The position numbers and the translations under genes were made by a program. A stretch of 64,000 bases of DNA. Origin: Octopus sinensis (lineage: Eukaryota). Shown here piece by piece: positions 39,083 through 52,339 of this stretch. The notes below the pieces were generated by a model, which saw only the letters and a program-made list of their open reading frames with translations, ran no database searches and was not told the origin of the DNA. Location of the stretch: assembly GCF_006345805.1 (NCBI RefSeq), contig NC_043016.1, forward strand, positions 744,001 through 808,000. The letters are read 5' to 3'. The first letter of the stretch is position 1; each line of letters starts with the position of its first letter.

Positions 39083-39537
39083 TGCCCTCTGCCCTCTTCT
39101 AACACCCACCGCCACCAACCTCGCAATCCACAATTTACTTCTTTCCCAAAATTTACAAACCTAACAACCCTGGCCGCCCCATCGTCTCCGCCTACGACTG
39201 CCCCAAGGAACTCATCTCCAAAGAGCCTATACATGGTGATCCTTCACCATGAGGGGCTTCGGGCACCCCAACACTACCTTGAACTTTGACCTAACCCCCA
39301 AATTGACACAGCCACACTTCTTCGTTTGGCCGAACTTGTCCGTTCACTTAACTGCTTCTCGTTCGCGGGTGGTTTTTACCAGTATTTCTCGGGAGTGGCC
39401 ATGGGAACGAGAATGGGTCCCAACTATGCGAACCTGCTCGTTGCCTACGTTGAGGCCCAAATATTTTCAAGATTCACTGGTCCCACTCCTGAACTATATG
39501 GTCGTTATATTGATGACTGTTTCGGTGCAACCTAAAT
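39083..39537 (+). mobile_element. Penelope-like reverse transcriptase fragment with internal deletion
   Basis: PKIYKPNNPGRPIVS, then a junction near 39222, then SLY...GVAMGTRMGPNYANL...YGRYIDDCFG (catalytic YIDD at 39506-39517). Confidence 0.9.
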
Positions 39538-39691
39538 AGGAAATATACGTAGTAGGTAGCCATATCTCTATACCTGCATTTTATATATATACACAGGTAG
39601 AATAGTTAGTGGACTACTATGTAGACATATCTATGCGTGTGCGTGTGTGTGTAAATGTGTGTGTTTACGTAGATGTATATATATATATATA

Positions 39692-39942
39692 TATTCTTTC
39701 TTTTATTCTTTTACTTTTTCCAGTCATTTGACTGCAGCCATGCCGGAGCACCGCCTTTAGTCGAACAAATCGACCCCAGGACTTATCCTTTGTAATCCTT
39801 GTACTTATTCTAACGGTCTCTTTTGTCGAACCACTAGGCTACGGGGACGTAAACACTCCAACATCGGTTGTCAGTGTTGACAAACATGCACATAAATATA
39901 TATATATATATATATATCACTCTCCCCCCTCTCTCTCTTTGT

Positions 39943-39980
<38 letters not shown>

Positions 39981-40106
39981 GTCAAGCTTCTTCCAGTTTC
40001 CGTCTACCAAATCCACTTACAAGCCTTTGGTTGGCCCGAGGCTATAGTAGAAGACACTTGCTCAAGGTTTTCACGCAGTGGAACTGAACCTGGAACCACA
40101 GTCACA
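39692..40106 (-). mobile_element. SINE family B
   Basis: Reverse complement of the family B consensus. Confidence 0.85.
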
Positions 40107-40679
40107 CTCGCGACTATATATTATTTAATGCCCTGAAGAGACTGCATCGTTTTATAATAGGGATGCAATTTCAACGTTTGCTCATCGGTGCAATTCAAAC
40201 ATATGTTGGTCGTAAAGGCGGAAAATAAGTAATCTATCTATACTATAATTCCGCTATTTACGTCTGTGTGTGTCGTTGTCAAAATTTTGTTATCTAACTC
40301 GTCCGCAACCACTGGCATGAGGAACCGTGTGTACTGAGTGAGTGTCAACATCTATATGGAATTCCCGAATATTAAACGGTCTGGTTCTAATCTGAGGGGA
40401 CCGCATTTAAAGGCTAAATGTATATGAAACCAAATGCCTGACTTTGTGGCCACTTTGCTTCGGCTCAACCGATTTTGATCAAATTTGACATGAGAGGTCG
40501 TGGGTACCCTGAGAGTCTGAACATATATATGTGATTCTGGAAAATTAACCAGTCCGGGTTCAGTCTGGTAAAATCAGACAAAACGAATTGCCCCGCTCTC
40601 ACTATTCAATGACTCTACTATCATTCCTCATGCTTACTACTTCTTACTAAGAGCTGTAGTGTGAGGATTAGTAATTGAC

Positions 40680-41041
40680 AGGTTGCATACAATGTTACTT
40701 CTCATAAATCTCTCTCTCTCTTTCTCTTACATATTTACTGCTTCTCTTAACTCACTCTCTCTTAACGGATTGCGGTCTTTTCCTTTGGTGTTGCTTTGAT
40801 GTTTCTCTCTCACATATATGCATATAGTCAGTCGCTATAATATATCGTTAGCCACTACACACATTTTTCTCTCTCCTTGTTTCTCTCCTTGTTTTTTTCT
40901 GTGTCCCATTCTGAAGAAGAGCGTAGGCTCGAAACGTAAAAGACTTTTTCTATTCCTGGGCGTTATACTAATGCATCTGTTTGTTTTGTAATACCACCCG
41001 TCTTTGTGTTTTGTTTTTTTCGTAAACTCTCCCTATATAGG

Positions 41042-41080
<39 letters not shown>

Positions 41081-41226
41081 TACGTATTCAACTCACTCTC
41101 TCATACAATGTTACCTTTCATAACTCTCTCTCTCTCTCACGCACACACACATCTCTATTACTTCTCTTACATCATTCTCTCTTAACTTGTTGCGTTCTTC
41201 CAAACGTTCCTGTCGGTGTCATTTTG
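40680..41226 (+). mobile_element. Penelope-like terminal repeat in partial tandem (period about 416 bp)
   Basis: catacaatgttac... at 40686 and 41102; hammerhead at 40911; (TA)n between the units. Confidence 0.7.
40908..40942 (+). ncRNA. Minimal type I hammerhead with intact core (dimer type)
   Basis: TT-CTGAAGA-A-GAGC(GTAG)GCTC-GAAAC-GTA-AA. The loopless ACGT stem III can only form in a dimer, and stem I is weak. Confidence 0.7.
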
Positions 41227-41274
41227 AAAACAAAACAACACAAAACAAAAATACTGTTTATTCTTCAATGAAAA

Positions 41275-41720
41275 TTACAATTACACCATACTCGCTAAAC
41301 ACTATTTTAAAGTGCAGCTTTTGATATTGAATTGCTCTAACCGAATTTGACCATAAAAATGTTGGAAATTTAGTATTTTTTAAGATATTAATAAAATTTG
41401 TCGGACCCGTTTTCATGTTGTCGGTCCTCGGAACTATACTAATACTTCCTTACGTCGTTGCCTTTATGAATATGGTATTGAATGCACTGTCGTCTGATGT
41501 TTCACGCATGCATAGAATTCTGAAATAACAGGCGTAAAAAATATGAAAATTTAGGAAACCTTGCTCATTCGGCTGCATGAAAATAGGTTTGGCTAATTTT
41601 ATTATTACCTTAAAAAATACTAAATTTCCGACATTTTTATGGTCAAATTCCTTTACAACAATTCAACAACGTAAAAATCGCATTTTAAAATAGTGTTTAA
41701 CGAGAGTGGTGTTATTGTAA
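41275..41720. repeat. MITE-like foldback with ~125-bp inverted arms
   Basis: 41275-41399 is the reverse complement of 41595-41720. Confidence 0.8.
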
Positions 41721-41859
41721 ATAAATACCGAATGTAAATTTTTACTATAAATACCGTGAAAACTTCCCGTTCAGATATTTTAGCTCAAATGCTAGCTGAA
41801 TCGTCTCAAAACTTTCACTATATAATTGTCATAAATATTCACGCTTTCATCAGTACACT

Positions 41860-43860
41860 ATGCCAAGAAAAAGAAAAGGCTGTTGCCGAAAAAATTCCCG
41901 GTCACAAGCGATTGCTGAGCAAAGACAAGAGATGATAATTGAAGAAAACCGACAAAGACTTTGCTTTTCTCGGTGTCTCAAAAGAAAGCGAAGGGGAAAG
42001 CATGAAATCTGTGCAATAGAATCACCAGAAGATACGGAGAAATGCAAATCGGCTGAGGAGACCGGAAACCCGAGAGATGGAAAGACCAAAAAAATAGAGG
42101 AATGTCAATCGGCTGAGAACGCAGAAAAACCATGCTATGGAAACACTACAAGAAACAGAAGCATGGAGAAGTGCTGTTCGGCTGAGGAAACAAGACTCTA
42201 TGGAAAACACGTCGCTGCCACAAGCAAACAATCGAAACTTCCTCATCAAAGAACCGACACTGTTAGAGTAGCTATTGAAGATGACACTGTGAGAGTAGCT
42301 ATGGCAGATTTTCATGAGAAAGAACGAAGCCCAAGTCTTATATTGCACTACTATGGAAACGTTTTTAACGGAACATACCCTGACTGCAAGGTTTCCTTTT
42401 GGGGTGATGGAAAAACTACCCTCTGCTGTGGAAAAGAAAACAATAGCAATCACAAAGTTCCACAGATAAAAAAAAAGCCCAGAATTAATAGCTAAGTACT
42501 ATGATGTTAATCTAAGCGGTAAATGTTTCTGAAGGAAATTCGTGACTACAATAATTTACTGGCAATGGCTTCACTTGGATTGGATAATCCACCAGTTGGA
42601 TCACTGGGTGGTAGCAGTTTTAAGTCTACTTTCAAGATTCAAGGAAAGTTGTACTACTGCATAGGAAGTCTCCTACCAGCAGTAAATAGGAAGCCAGTCT
42701 AAGCATAGCTATATTTCGTTGACAATGAAAATAAAATGAGAAACAGGTTGTCATTCAGAGGAGCTGATAATGACCGTAATGAGAACATCCTGCTAGGCTT
42801 GCAGAGAGCACTGCATATGGAGAATCCTTATATCAAAAGTTTTAAACAGGCTATTGATATAATTGAAGAATACCCTGCATCAGGAAAAATGTTCTACCGG
42901 TAATATTATTATAAGTCATAACAAACGGCTTATTCCCGCTGGATCACATGAGGAACTTATAATCCACCGACTAAGTCAGAAGTTGTTGTGATCATGGTGG
43001 GGGATGATACCTATAATCCAAACATTAAACCTGTGAAGTACTGTGCAGTACAGAGAGAGCAAAGGGAAGTCAGACTACATTAGTCAAACCCACAGAAGCT
43101 ATGATACCTCTGTTTCCCTATGGGGAAGATGGCTGGAATGAGCTCTTGAAGGACAATGACCCAAGCAAAAACATCACTGAATGTGACTTTTATTCTTATC
43201 GGCTTCGGGTAAGAAAGGACGAGTTCAATAACATAATAAAAAAGTAGGTGTCTGATGCAATAATATGCAGTGAATCAATATGCAAAGATTAAACTTCCTG
43301 AAAAGTATCAGAGCCTTCTGAATGCTATTGCAAATGGTGTCATGAATAACATAGGGTCTAAAATTATTCTTCCGCCATCACACACTGGATCTACTCGATT
43401 TTATTGTGGGTGTTTCCAAGCTCTCGAATGGTTCTAGTGAGAGAGGTTTGCCACATGTCAAAATATTGCTCTTTATGGCTGACACAGATAAGCCGAGAAA
43501 GCCAGAAATCATTGAACGAGTTGTATTTGCGGGGGTACCAGATAGGGGTATGAATCCAGAACTATTGGAGATTGGGTAAAAACAAAAACAACTTTCACAA
43601 ACCATGTCGATACCATAATCCAAAAAGTCCATGCGTGGATGGTGATTCACCAAAATGCACAAAATCATTTCCCAAACAATGCAGAAGTACTACATTTGTG
43701 AGTGATGAAGCCTATCCAGAATACAGACGTCGGTCACCAAACTCTGGAGGCAGGTCTCTCCGTAACAACTGTCATCTGAATGTTGAGGTTGTGCACACTG
43801 AACTGGCGGTGAAATATCTTTTTAAGTACCTCACTAAAAGGCCTGATAGAGTCAATGTTT
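41860..43860 (+). pseudogene. Helitron Rep (HUH endonuclease) pseudogene
   Basis: FKIQGKLYYCIGSLLP (42631-42678), NPYIKSFK, PYGEDGW, RGLPHVKILL (motif II, near 43444), YPEYRRR, CHLNVE and KYLFKY (motif III, 43812-43829). Many stops, frameshifts and deletions. Confidence 0.9.
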
Positions 43861-43963
43861 AAATCCGTTCAAGCACGACACGATTAACTTTTCAAATGTT
43901 TCCTTGGACCGTAGTACAGGACTACGCTATCTGTACCACAAGTTTAATCTTGTGAAAGATAGG

Positions 43964-44063
43964 NNNNNNNNNNNNNNNNNNNNNNNNNNNNNNNNNNNNN
44001 NNNNNNNNNNNNNNNNNNNNNNNNNNNNNNNNNNNNNNNNNNNNNNNNNNNNNNNNNNNNNNN
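43964..44063. other. Assembly gap (100 N)
   Basis: Run of N. Confidence 1.
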
Positions 44064-44212
44064 ATAAACAACAAGCTTTATATGAAGTTTCGCATGTTAA
44101 TGTACATATAACTTCTTACATATTCACGAACATGTAGACACACAGCTTTACGTATTTACGCATTTAAATTTGCGTGTGTATGAACACACACACTAACACA
44201 CACATACATATA

Positions 44213-44708
44213 CGAGGTCTGATCAATAAGGACTGCTGCCATAGTAACGAAGCTAAAACACGCAGAGTGAAGCCGTGCGTCTTAGATTGAGCTTAATCTC
44301 TGCTGTGCATGGTTTAACGTTCTAGCTCACTCCCACTGTTTACAGCAGTGCTTGGAAGGAAGGTGTTTAGCGCGTGATCGCTACACACCTTGACCACGAT
44401 AGAGAAAGTTGTCATGGTGATACCTGCTCAGAGGCCTATGCAAAGTTGCAAAAAGTGTATGGAGAGGAGTGTATGAGCCGCACAGAAATGTACAAGTGAT
44501 TCAGACGTTTCCAAATGCCCGAAAAATGTCGATTTTGACGAACGTTCTGGGAGACCTGCAAGCAGCAGAACTCAGAAAAAGTATCATTGATGTGCGTGCA
44601 GTTTTGAGGAGAAATCATCGAACCACCATCCGTGAGTTATCAGAGAATGTGCAGATTAGTTACAGTTTAGTTCAGTTATTATCACTGAAGATTTGGGCGT
44701 GAGACGTC
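44213..44708 (+). mobile_element. mariner transposon 5' end with decayed transposase N-terminus
   Basis: TA|CGAGGTCTGATCAATAAG TIR. Translates to EAYAKLQKVYGEECMSRTEMYK*FRRF...DERSGRP...RTTIRELSE...TEDLGVRR. Confidence 0.85.
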
Positions 44709-45605
44709 TATCTATCAAACGTATACATTGAAGCTATCCAAAAAATATTTTTATATGTTATAGAACTGCACTATTTAACCCCAAACATTTTGCAGATAAA
44801 AATTAACAAAATAGGATAAGCAAAATATATAAAAACTAAAAGTATTGAAAACGAAAAAAGAAAATAATAATTCTCCTGACGAAGGCCGTTGTGACAAAAT
44901 TTCAAAGCAACTGTCAACCTTTACCTTGTAAATACATATGTGATACTTATCTAGGCGTACTGGGTGGTCTTTTTATTTATGGGTTTATATATAACTATAT
45001 GTAAAATCAAATATTACTATGAGCACATATGTATATATCTATGCATATCCGTATACGTGTGTGCATGTATGTATGTATTTGTATACACCCACCCACACAA
45101 AAATACGTATAGGTATGAAGATATATTTGAGTTAACGTATCATTAATTCCGTAGATATATAATATGATATTTCAAGATTACTCCTTCAAAAATCCCACTC
45201 AAAAATATAGAACAAAACATAAAACAATATTTCCACCTTTAATCAACGTTGCACCATATCTTACATAGAGATTAAGTCAATCTGTAATTTCCCTTGCAAT
45301 AACCAAAGAAATATTTATTCCATAGGTGCAACGGGGGAGATTATATTAACGGTGCGCTAAAGTTTGTTTCCCTTTTCCTTGTGAATAACTAAATATTAGG
45401 AAGTAATTATCAGCAAAAGTATTTTCAATCATGTAGGCAATTGTAGCTTTGTAATATTGACGGTGGTTTGACAAGACGTTGATGGTGGTAATGGTGTGAC
45501 ATCAGTGGTTGCGGTGGGGAGAGAATGATGGAGAGGTTCAGAAGATCAGAGATCATTCCTTTGCGGCATTATACTATTTGAATGTATTTATATATGCATA
45601 TATAA

Positions 45606-45669
<64 letters not shown>

Positions 45670-45943
45670 CGTATACATGAATATATACACATACGCTTTC
45701 TACGTGTATATATGTTATATGAATGTACGGTATGCAGGTGTACATATGTATACACACGCAGATACACATATATATTGATACACGTTAATTATACACGCGT
45801 AGGTGTATATACATGCAGATTTTTATCTGCCATTTAACAATATGTATATATATATGTATGTAAGTGTGTTCGTATATATATATGTATGTATATAACAGAG
45901 ATAACTGAATATATATATTATATTCTACCTCTGAGGTATCAGA

Positions 45944-45982
<39 letters not shown>

Positions 45983-46789
45983 ATTATATATATATATTAT
46001 ATATATATATATGTATATATATATGTATATATGTATATGTATATATATACATACAATATATATATATATATATATAATATAATATATATATATATATATA
46101 TATATGCCCACATATCTGTTATTATAAATACAAATATTTTATGTATACATGCATACATAAATGTATATGTATGTATATGCATATATACATGTGTATGTAT
46201 ATATATGTATATAAATACATACATGTGTGTGTATGTAAGTATGTATATTTGTATCTATGCATGCATACGCGGATATACACAAACTTATGTACACACGTAC
46301 ACCTATAAGTGTGTATGATTGATGTACATCCAAAAAGAAGAAAAATAAAAAAAGCAAAGAAAAATGAAGAACGGCAATCAAAGGAAATATACGACAACAA
46401 TTTACTTCTCTATTGATGGTTAACTTCATCTGTCTTTTGGAATAATGGAAATTCAAACGTCTTATTGTTAGTATGAGTATCTCATAAATATATTATTTCT
46501 ACTTCTTATAAAATTTATTGAGATGAAACATACTTCACCTACCACCTACACCCCCATCGAAAAAAAACCAACGACAACAAAGCACGCCACACCCCACGAA
46601 ACTAATATGAATTTATTTATTTATTATTTTATTACTTCATTAATTTATTAAATTATTTATCGAAAATATACAAAAATATCAGTTGTTTTTTTTCTTGTTT
46701 AAAGTCTGATTTGTTTTATTGGTTGCGTTCGTTCTTTTGAAATGTCGTAATGTCGTTTAGATATATATTATTGCTGCTGCAGTTGCTGG

Positions 46790-47860
46790 TGCTGCTGTCT
46801 ATGATGATGATGATGATGATGATGACGATGATGATTACATTTTTAGATTTCTTTCCTTCTCTCACCTGCATATAACACTGCCATCACTATCGACGTCACC
46901 ACCACCATTATTACCGCCACCACCACCACTGCCGCCGCCATCATCATCCTTATCATCATCATCATCACATCCACCAACCACCTGCAAAATTTGTAAGAAT
47001 TATAATTATCATTGTCATCGTCGTCATCATCATCATCATCATCGACGACGTCATCATCATCGTCATTATCATCATCACCATCATTCATCTTCACTCAAAC
47101 CACCATCAACACCGCCACAACCACCACCACCACCACCACCACCACCACCATTAGCACTATCATCATCGCCATCCCATCAAGGGATCTTTCGAATCTAACA
47201 ATTATTCCTTATTTTTATAATTTTTAAAATTTTTACTGATTGTAATTTTTTTTAAATGTATTTTATTTTTCTTCTGCTTCTTATTTTATTTTATCTTCGA
47301 TTGACTTTTTATTTTTTAAACTCTTATCGCCATTTCATTCGTTCCAATAACACTTATTACTGTCAAACTAACACTGACAAACCAAACACAAAATAAATGA
47401 TTCCCAAATTACCAAAGAATCCAAAACATATAATTTACCTTACTGCTACTCTAACAGTTTGGCAAGCTTCTTTGAGAATTACATTCATTAGAATCCTATT
47501 GATTGATTTTCTTTGTCTTTACCTTTTTTTAATGGAATCTTCTTTTGTTGGCTTCTCCTCCTTTTGTGTCAGTCTTCCTTTTCTTCTTGTTCTTCTTCTT
47601 CCTCTTCTTCTTGTTCTTCTTCTTCTTCTTCTTCTTTTTCTTCTTCTAATTCTTCTTCTAATTCTTCTTCTTCTTTCTTTCTTTTTCTCCTTCACCCTAT
47701 TCTTCTGCTTTCACCTCCCTTCTCATCTGTCTCCTCGGCTTCCATCTTCTTCCCCTTCCACTTTCTTCTTTTTCTTCTTTCTCCTCCTCATCTCCTCCCC
47801 ACATACTCCATCTTCCTCTGTCCCTCCCACATCCTTCTCTCCCTCTTCATCTATAATGAC
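46790..47860. repeat. (GAT)n/(CAT)n/(CAC)n and (CTT)n microsatellite blocks
   Basis: Directly visible at 46790-47180 and 47540-47860. Confidence 0.9.
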
Positions 47861-48092
47861 TAAGAATTCCGAATATATATTTTCTGATATTGTTGTCTTC
47901 GTTTTTTTCTTGTCCTTTCATTAACACAAGACCGCCATTTTTACAGGACAGACTATTTTGTATATTGTGTGTGTATGAATGCGTATACTCTCTCTCTCTC
48001 TGTCTCACACACACATACTAACACAAACATATGTATATACACATGTATATACACATTTACATACATATATGTGTATGTATATATATATGTAT

Positions 48093-48164
<72 letters not shown>

Positions 48165-48814
48165 CACACACCTATATGCGTTTGAGTATCGGTGCGTATG
48201 CACAAGAATGTTAATCTGTGCGTGGGTGGGATTTTGACTAAGTCTATGTGTCTGTGTATTTGCAACTATGCGTGTGTCTGTTAGTGTGTGTATGCTTAGT
48301 TGTATATTTCTGTGTGTATTGTACATATACGTAAATGTGGCGGTCATATGTAAGTTATTGTTAAATGTGTTTTTGATTAGAAAAATAGATTTATGATATT
48401 TTGATGATAATTTCAAGAAAGAAATGTTTAACTATCACCAATTCAATATAATCAACTTCTACGAAACTTTTCCTAAAATTAAAATTTTAAGAAGAAAAAT
48501 CTAGTTAAAAACCCTCGACTAAATAAACAAAAAAAAGTGCAACACAAAGTAAATTGTAAAACAATATTAGAAAAGAAAAAACGTATATAAACATAGACAC
48601 ATAAGGAATTAGCTCACCCAAAACTAATGTCTTTGCAGATAATAACAAACTAATTACGAAGACATCCTTATATTATGAGATTTTGTTCTTAATTTAAAAG
48701 AAAAACGACAAAAACAATGTTGAGGATGTGGTAGGGTAAAATTATTGAACCATTATCAATGATGATTTGTTTTGTCTTATATAAATTGACAAAATCAAAT
48801 GACAATCAGTAACT

Positions 48815-49200
48815 CAGTTAATAGTGCTAGGTTAAGTTGTCAAGGAAGAAGTTCGCTTCGCAATCTTTTGTTTTCGGGTTCCGTCCCATTGCGCAGTACA
48901 ATGAATAAATGTGTTCAATTACAGCCTCGAGCTGACCGAGGCCTTCTCAGTGAGTTTGTTTGACGAAAACAGTGGCAAGGCTTTCCAATATATAGGTAAA
49001 TCATGAGGTAGTAAGTTCGATGTCCTTGAGCAAGACACTTTATTTCACGTTGCTGCAGTTCACTCAGCTGTAGAAATGAGTTGCGACGTTACAGGTGCCA
49101 AGCTGTATCGGCCCCTTTGCCTTTCCCTTGGATAACACTGGTGGCGTGAAGAAGGGAAGCCGGTATGCATGGATGACTGCTGGTATTCTATAAAGTATAT
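48815..49200 (+). mobile_element. Old SINE family B 5' part followed by a third SINE family fragment
   Basis: A diverged family B head/core to about 48990 is followed by ccttgagcaagacactttatttcacgttgctgcagttcactcagctgtagaaatgagt. Confidence 0.55.
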
Positions 49201-49569
49201 AGTAGCTTTTATGTTATGTATATAAAACCAAAATGACATTAAACTGAAGGCAAAGTTAATTGATTCTACTTGAGTACATATTTTATTAACATTTGTAGAA
49301 ACATCGTCACAGTTCCATGAATGAAACACGTAAAATAATAAAGTTACTGCTTTCTCTCAAAAGCAAGGATGGCTTATACCCAGATTTTCGCAGTTATTTT
49401 GAAGTTTCTGGGTTGTAGCTAGCAAACGTACAATTGCACTCGAAACTCCCAGCCTTTACTCAGCGCAACATCGAGCATTTCATTGGAAGAACAATAGAAA
49501 GGGGTATTCAGATACCAGAGCAAACTGAGTAATGAATAATGAAGTAACTTGCTGACAGATGTATATTTG

Positions 49570-49748
49570 CATGTAGCCACTACACTTTCTTTATTTTCTC
49601 TCCTTGTTTCTTTCTGCGTTCCTTTCTGTGGAAGAGCGTAGGCTCGAAACGTTAAATACTTTTTCACTTGCCTTGCGTTATACTGATACATATGTTTGTT
49701 GTCTACACCACCTGTCTTCGTCTTTTTTTTTTGTGAATTTTCCCTATA
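49570..49748 (+). mobile_element. Second copy of the 40.9-kb hammerhead-bearing terminal repeat
   Basis: CTTT-CTGTGGA-A-GAGC(GTAG)GCTC-GAAAC-GTT-AAA at 49622-49656; core position A6 is changed to U. Confidence 0.75.
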
Positions 49749-49859
49749 CACACATACACATACACACACGCATGTATGAAAATTTATAGATACATGAATA
49801 TATATACTTATATGTATAAAATCCTGACTTTGTTGCTACATGTGTATACATAATGAGAC

Positions 49860-50170
49860 CAGTTTTAAATAGTGGGAGATAAGTCATCATCAGCGCACCA
49901 ACTTTACTGGTGCTTTATTTTATCGACCCGGGAGGTATAAAGGGATAGGTTAAGCTTTACAGTATTTTAACTCAGAAGGGAAAAGTCTTGAAATTTAGTG
50001 GCGGTGGAGTAGTCAGTCACATCCATCCCAAAGCTCAAATGGAAATTTTTTCATCGACAATGAAAGAATGAAAGGCAAGGTCCACTTTCGAACCTAGAAC
50101 GTAAAGATGAAAGAAATGCCGCTAAGCATTTAGTCTGGTGTGCTAACGATTCTACCAGCTCGTCGCTTTT
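49860..50170 (-). mobile_element. Two diverged SINE family A fragments
   Basis: Loose matches at 49860-49990 and 50040-50170. Confidence 0.55.
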
Positions 50171-50349
50171 AAAGAGCTACGCTAATAAAATCAATGGTGA
50201 TGATTGTGTTGATGATAAAGATGCCGATGATAATAATTATAAATAGATAAATATATGCATTAATCGAATAAAAAAAAACAAATAACATTATGGAGAACAA
50301 ATTAATCAAACGGTGCAAGATCATGGATTTTGCAATTCATATAATGGTA

Positions 50350-50607
50350 TCGATACTAAAGAATTGTGAAACATCAGGATCAAGTCAGACAGCTTAGGTG
50401 ATCCGGTCATAATTGGTGCACTTAGCACAACACTTAAAATGCTCCCTAAAAGATTGAAAGATATTGTAACTGAAACTCGCGTTGTTAACCTTCAGAAAAG
50501 TACCACATGAATCCTTAGGAACATTCTTGGGATTTGAGTAGACTTGTTGTCGCGAAACCTCATGACAAGATTTCTGCTAATTAGTTTAGTATGTACCAAC
50601 TTAATGA

Positions 50608-50642
<35 letters not shown>

Positions 50643-50735
50643 ACTACTACTACTACTACTACTACTATACTACTACTACTACTACTACTACTGCTTCTGC
50701 TGCTGCTGCTGCTGCTAATACTACTACTACTACTG

Positions 50736-50804
<69 letters not shown>

Positions 50805-50840
50805 ATAATAATAATAATAATAATAATAATAGTAATAACA
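50350..50840 (+). mobile_element. R4/Dong-like LINE 3' end with (ACT)n/(AAT)n array
   Basis: PVIIGALSTTLKMLPKRLKDIVTETRVVNLQKS..ILRNILGI* is an RLE C-terminus. A short UTR and the array from 50608 follow. Confidence 0.75.
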
Positions 50841-50884
50841 GCAACAACACAGTTCTACACGCATCATTCCTCTTCTTCCATTTC

Positions 50885-51515
50885 ATCTAGTTAGGTTCAG
50901 ACGATCAACGTCTGCTTTTGGGCGGTGCATGTAAGAACACGTTAGTAGTTTTCTTGTCTTCCTGTCCAGGCATTGGGGCTCTATAGGATTCCAGTTAATG
51001 ATGTTAAAAATATTGGAATACTGAAAGTGCTAGACTGTTAATGGCTTCGATGCGATTTTTCGAGTGGAGTACAGTGTTAAGTATAAGTCTAATTTTCCTG
51101 TAGTACTTTTTTCTTATTTTTTCTTCGTAATAGGATGCTGCATACCATCTCCTTCGTTTATACCCGGGTATTTATAATTTTCTTGAGGGTCCAGATCCTT
51201 GATGAGAGTGTCGATATCTGATTTAATGACAACAGAAAAAAGATCGTATAGGCAAACCCCAGAAAAGGTTTCAGAAAATGACACGGCAACCATACTCTGG
51301 GATATAACAATACTCACAGTTAGAGAGATCAAGGCTAATAGACCAGCTTTAGTAGTCAGAGATAACCAGGAAAGAAATGTATTCTAATTGATGTATTCTA
51401 ACTGACGACAATAGTTTTCTAAAAGAAACGGAGAAAATCTCAAAATGCAATGATCTGGAAATAGAGATATCCAGGATGTGGTGCCTAAAAATAGAAACAA
51501 TTGCTAGGTACATTA
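50885..51515. mobile_element. R4/Dong-like LINE with 5' inversion
   Basis: Minus 51240-50885: QENYKYPGINEGDG...NRIEAINSLA...MHRPKADVDRL. Plus 51241-51515: PEKVSENDTATILWDITILTVREIKANRP...EISRMW. Confidence 0.75.
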
Positions 51516-51539
51516 CTAGGTACATTAGCTTTGATTCAT

Positions 51540-52215
51540 TTGTTGAGGTGTGGGTGGTGCTTATATCAAGGGGATAGTCCTCTCCTGTTTTAGTTGTGGG
51601 TAGAAGGCTTTCAAGTGGTTATTCTGTCCGCACTGATAATATCTTGGACTTCTGCTCTCATCTGTGACGTTCAGCATAGTGCCATCTGGAAGGCTGAGTT
51701 GGCCAGGAATTTGTTACAAAACGTCTTGGTTTATTTGGACCATTATTTGCAATTCCTGATCATTTCATTTGTTTTTCCTTGTATCTCCACTTAGATGATT
51801 CTAATTTTATCTTCTAAGTCTTGGAGGACGGCTGCGACAATCCGGCAAGCGTTTATTTCTGGTGGTATCTCCAGTATTTTTAACTTGGATTACGCACCAT
51901 CCCAAGTATGTTGGAACCAGAACAAGTTCACTGTTTCTCAGCTGGACTGTTGAGTGCTGTTTTCCTATAGCTTCTGTAGCAAATCTGACTTCAATTGTGC
52001 GATGTCTTTTACCCCTCGATAGATATGTAACATCTTTCCAAATGGGTTGCAATCATTTTTCAAATGCTTGCTTTGTGACAGTTTCTAAACGTCTATTTTT
52101 TTTAAAGATATAGTTTTGTACACTATGGCACGTTTGTTTGTATTGTCTATAATATCTGGAGGTGTGTTTATAGGAACACACCTTTCGCTGATTCTTTTTA
52201 ATATGTTTCACTAGT
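51540..52215 (-). pseudogene. Decayed L1/Tx1-like ORF1, homologous to 150-1501
   Basis: YLSRGKRHRTIEVRF here versus YLTRGTKHATVEARF in the first copy. Knuckle remnant YYQCGQNNHLKAFYP, with both outer Cys changed to Tyr by G to A. Confidence 0.75.
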
Positions 52216-52339
52216 CTTTGAGAGTTTCTACAGAAATATTAATGAATTCATTTCTAGGTTTGCCATTGAAGCAAAACCTCGCCTGTTTAATGCATTGGGT
52301 TGTTGTTGTTGTTGTTCAATGTTTGATGTATTAGCGTTA

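Larger units (their letters stand above)
40232..43963 (+). mobile_element. Decayed autonomous-type Helitron; 5' end tentative, 3' end lost in the gap
   Basis: Putative 5' TCTATCTATACTATAA near 40232, with Rep-domain remnants from 41860. Confidence 0.6.
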
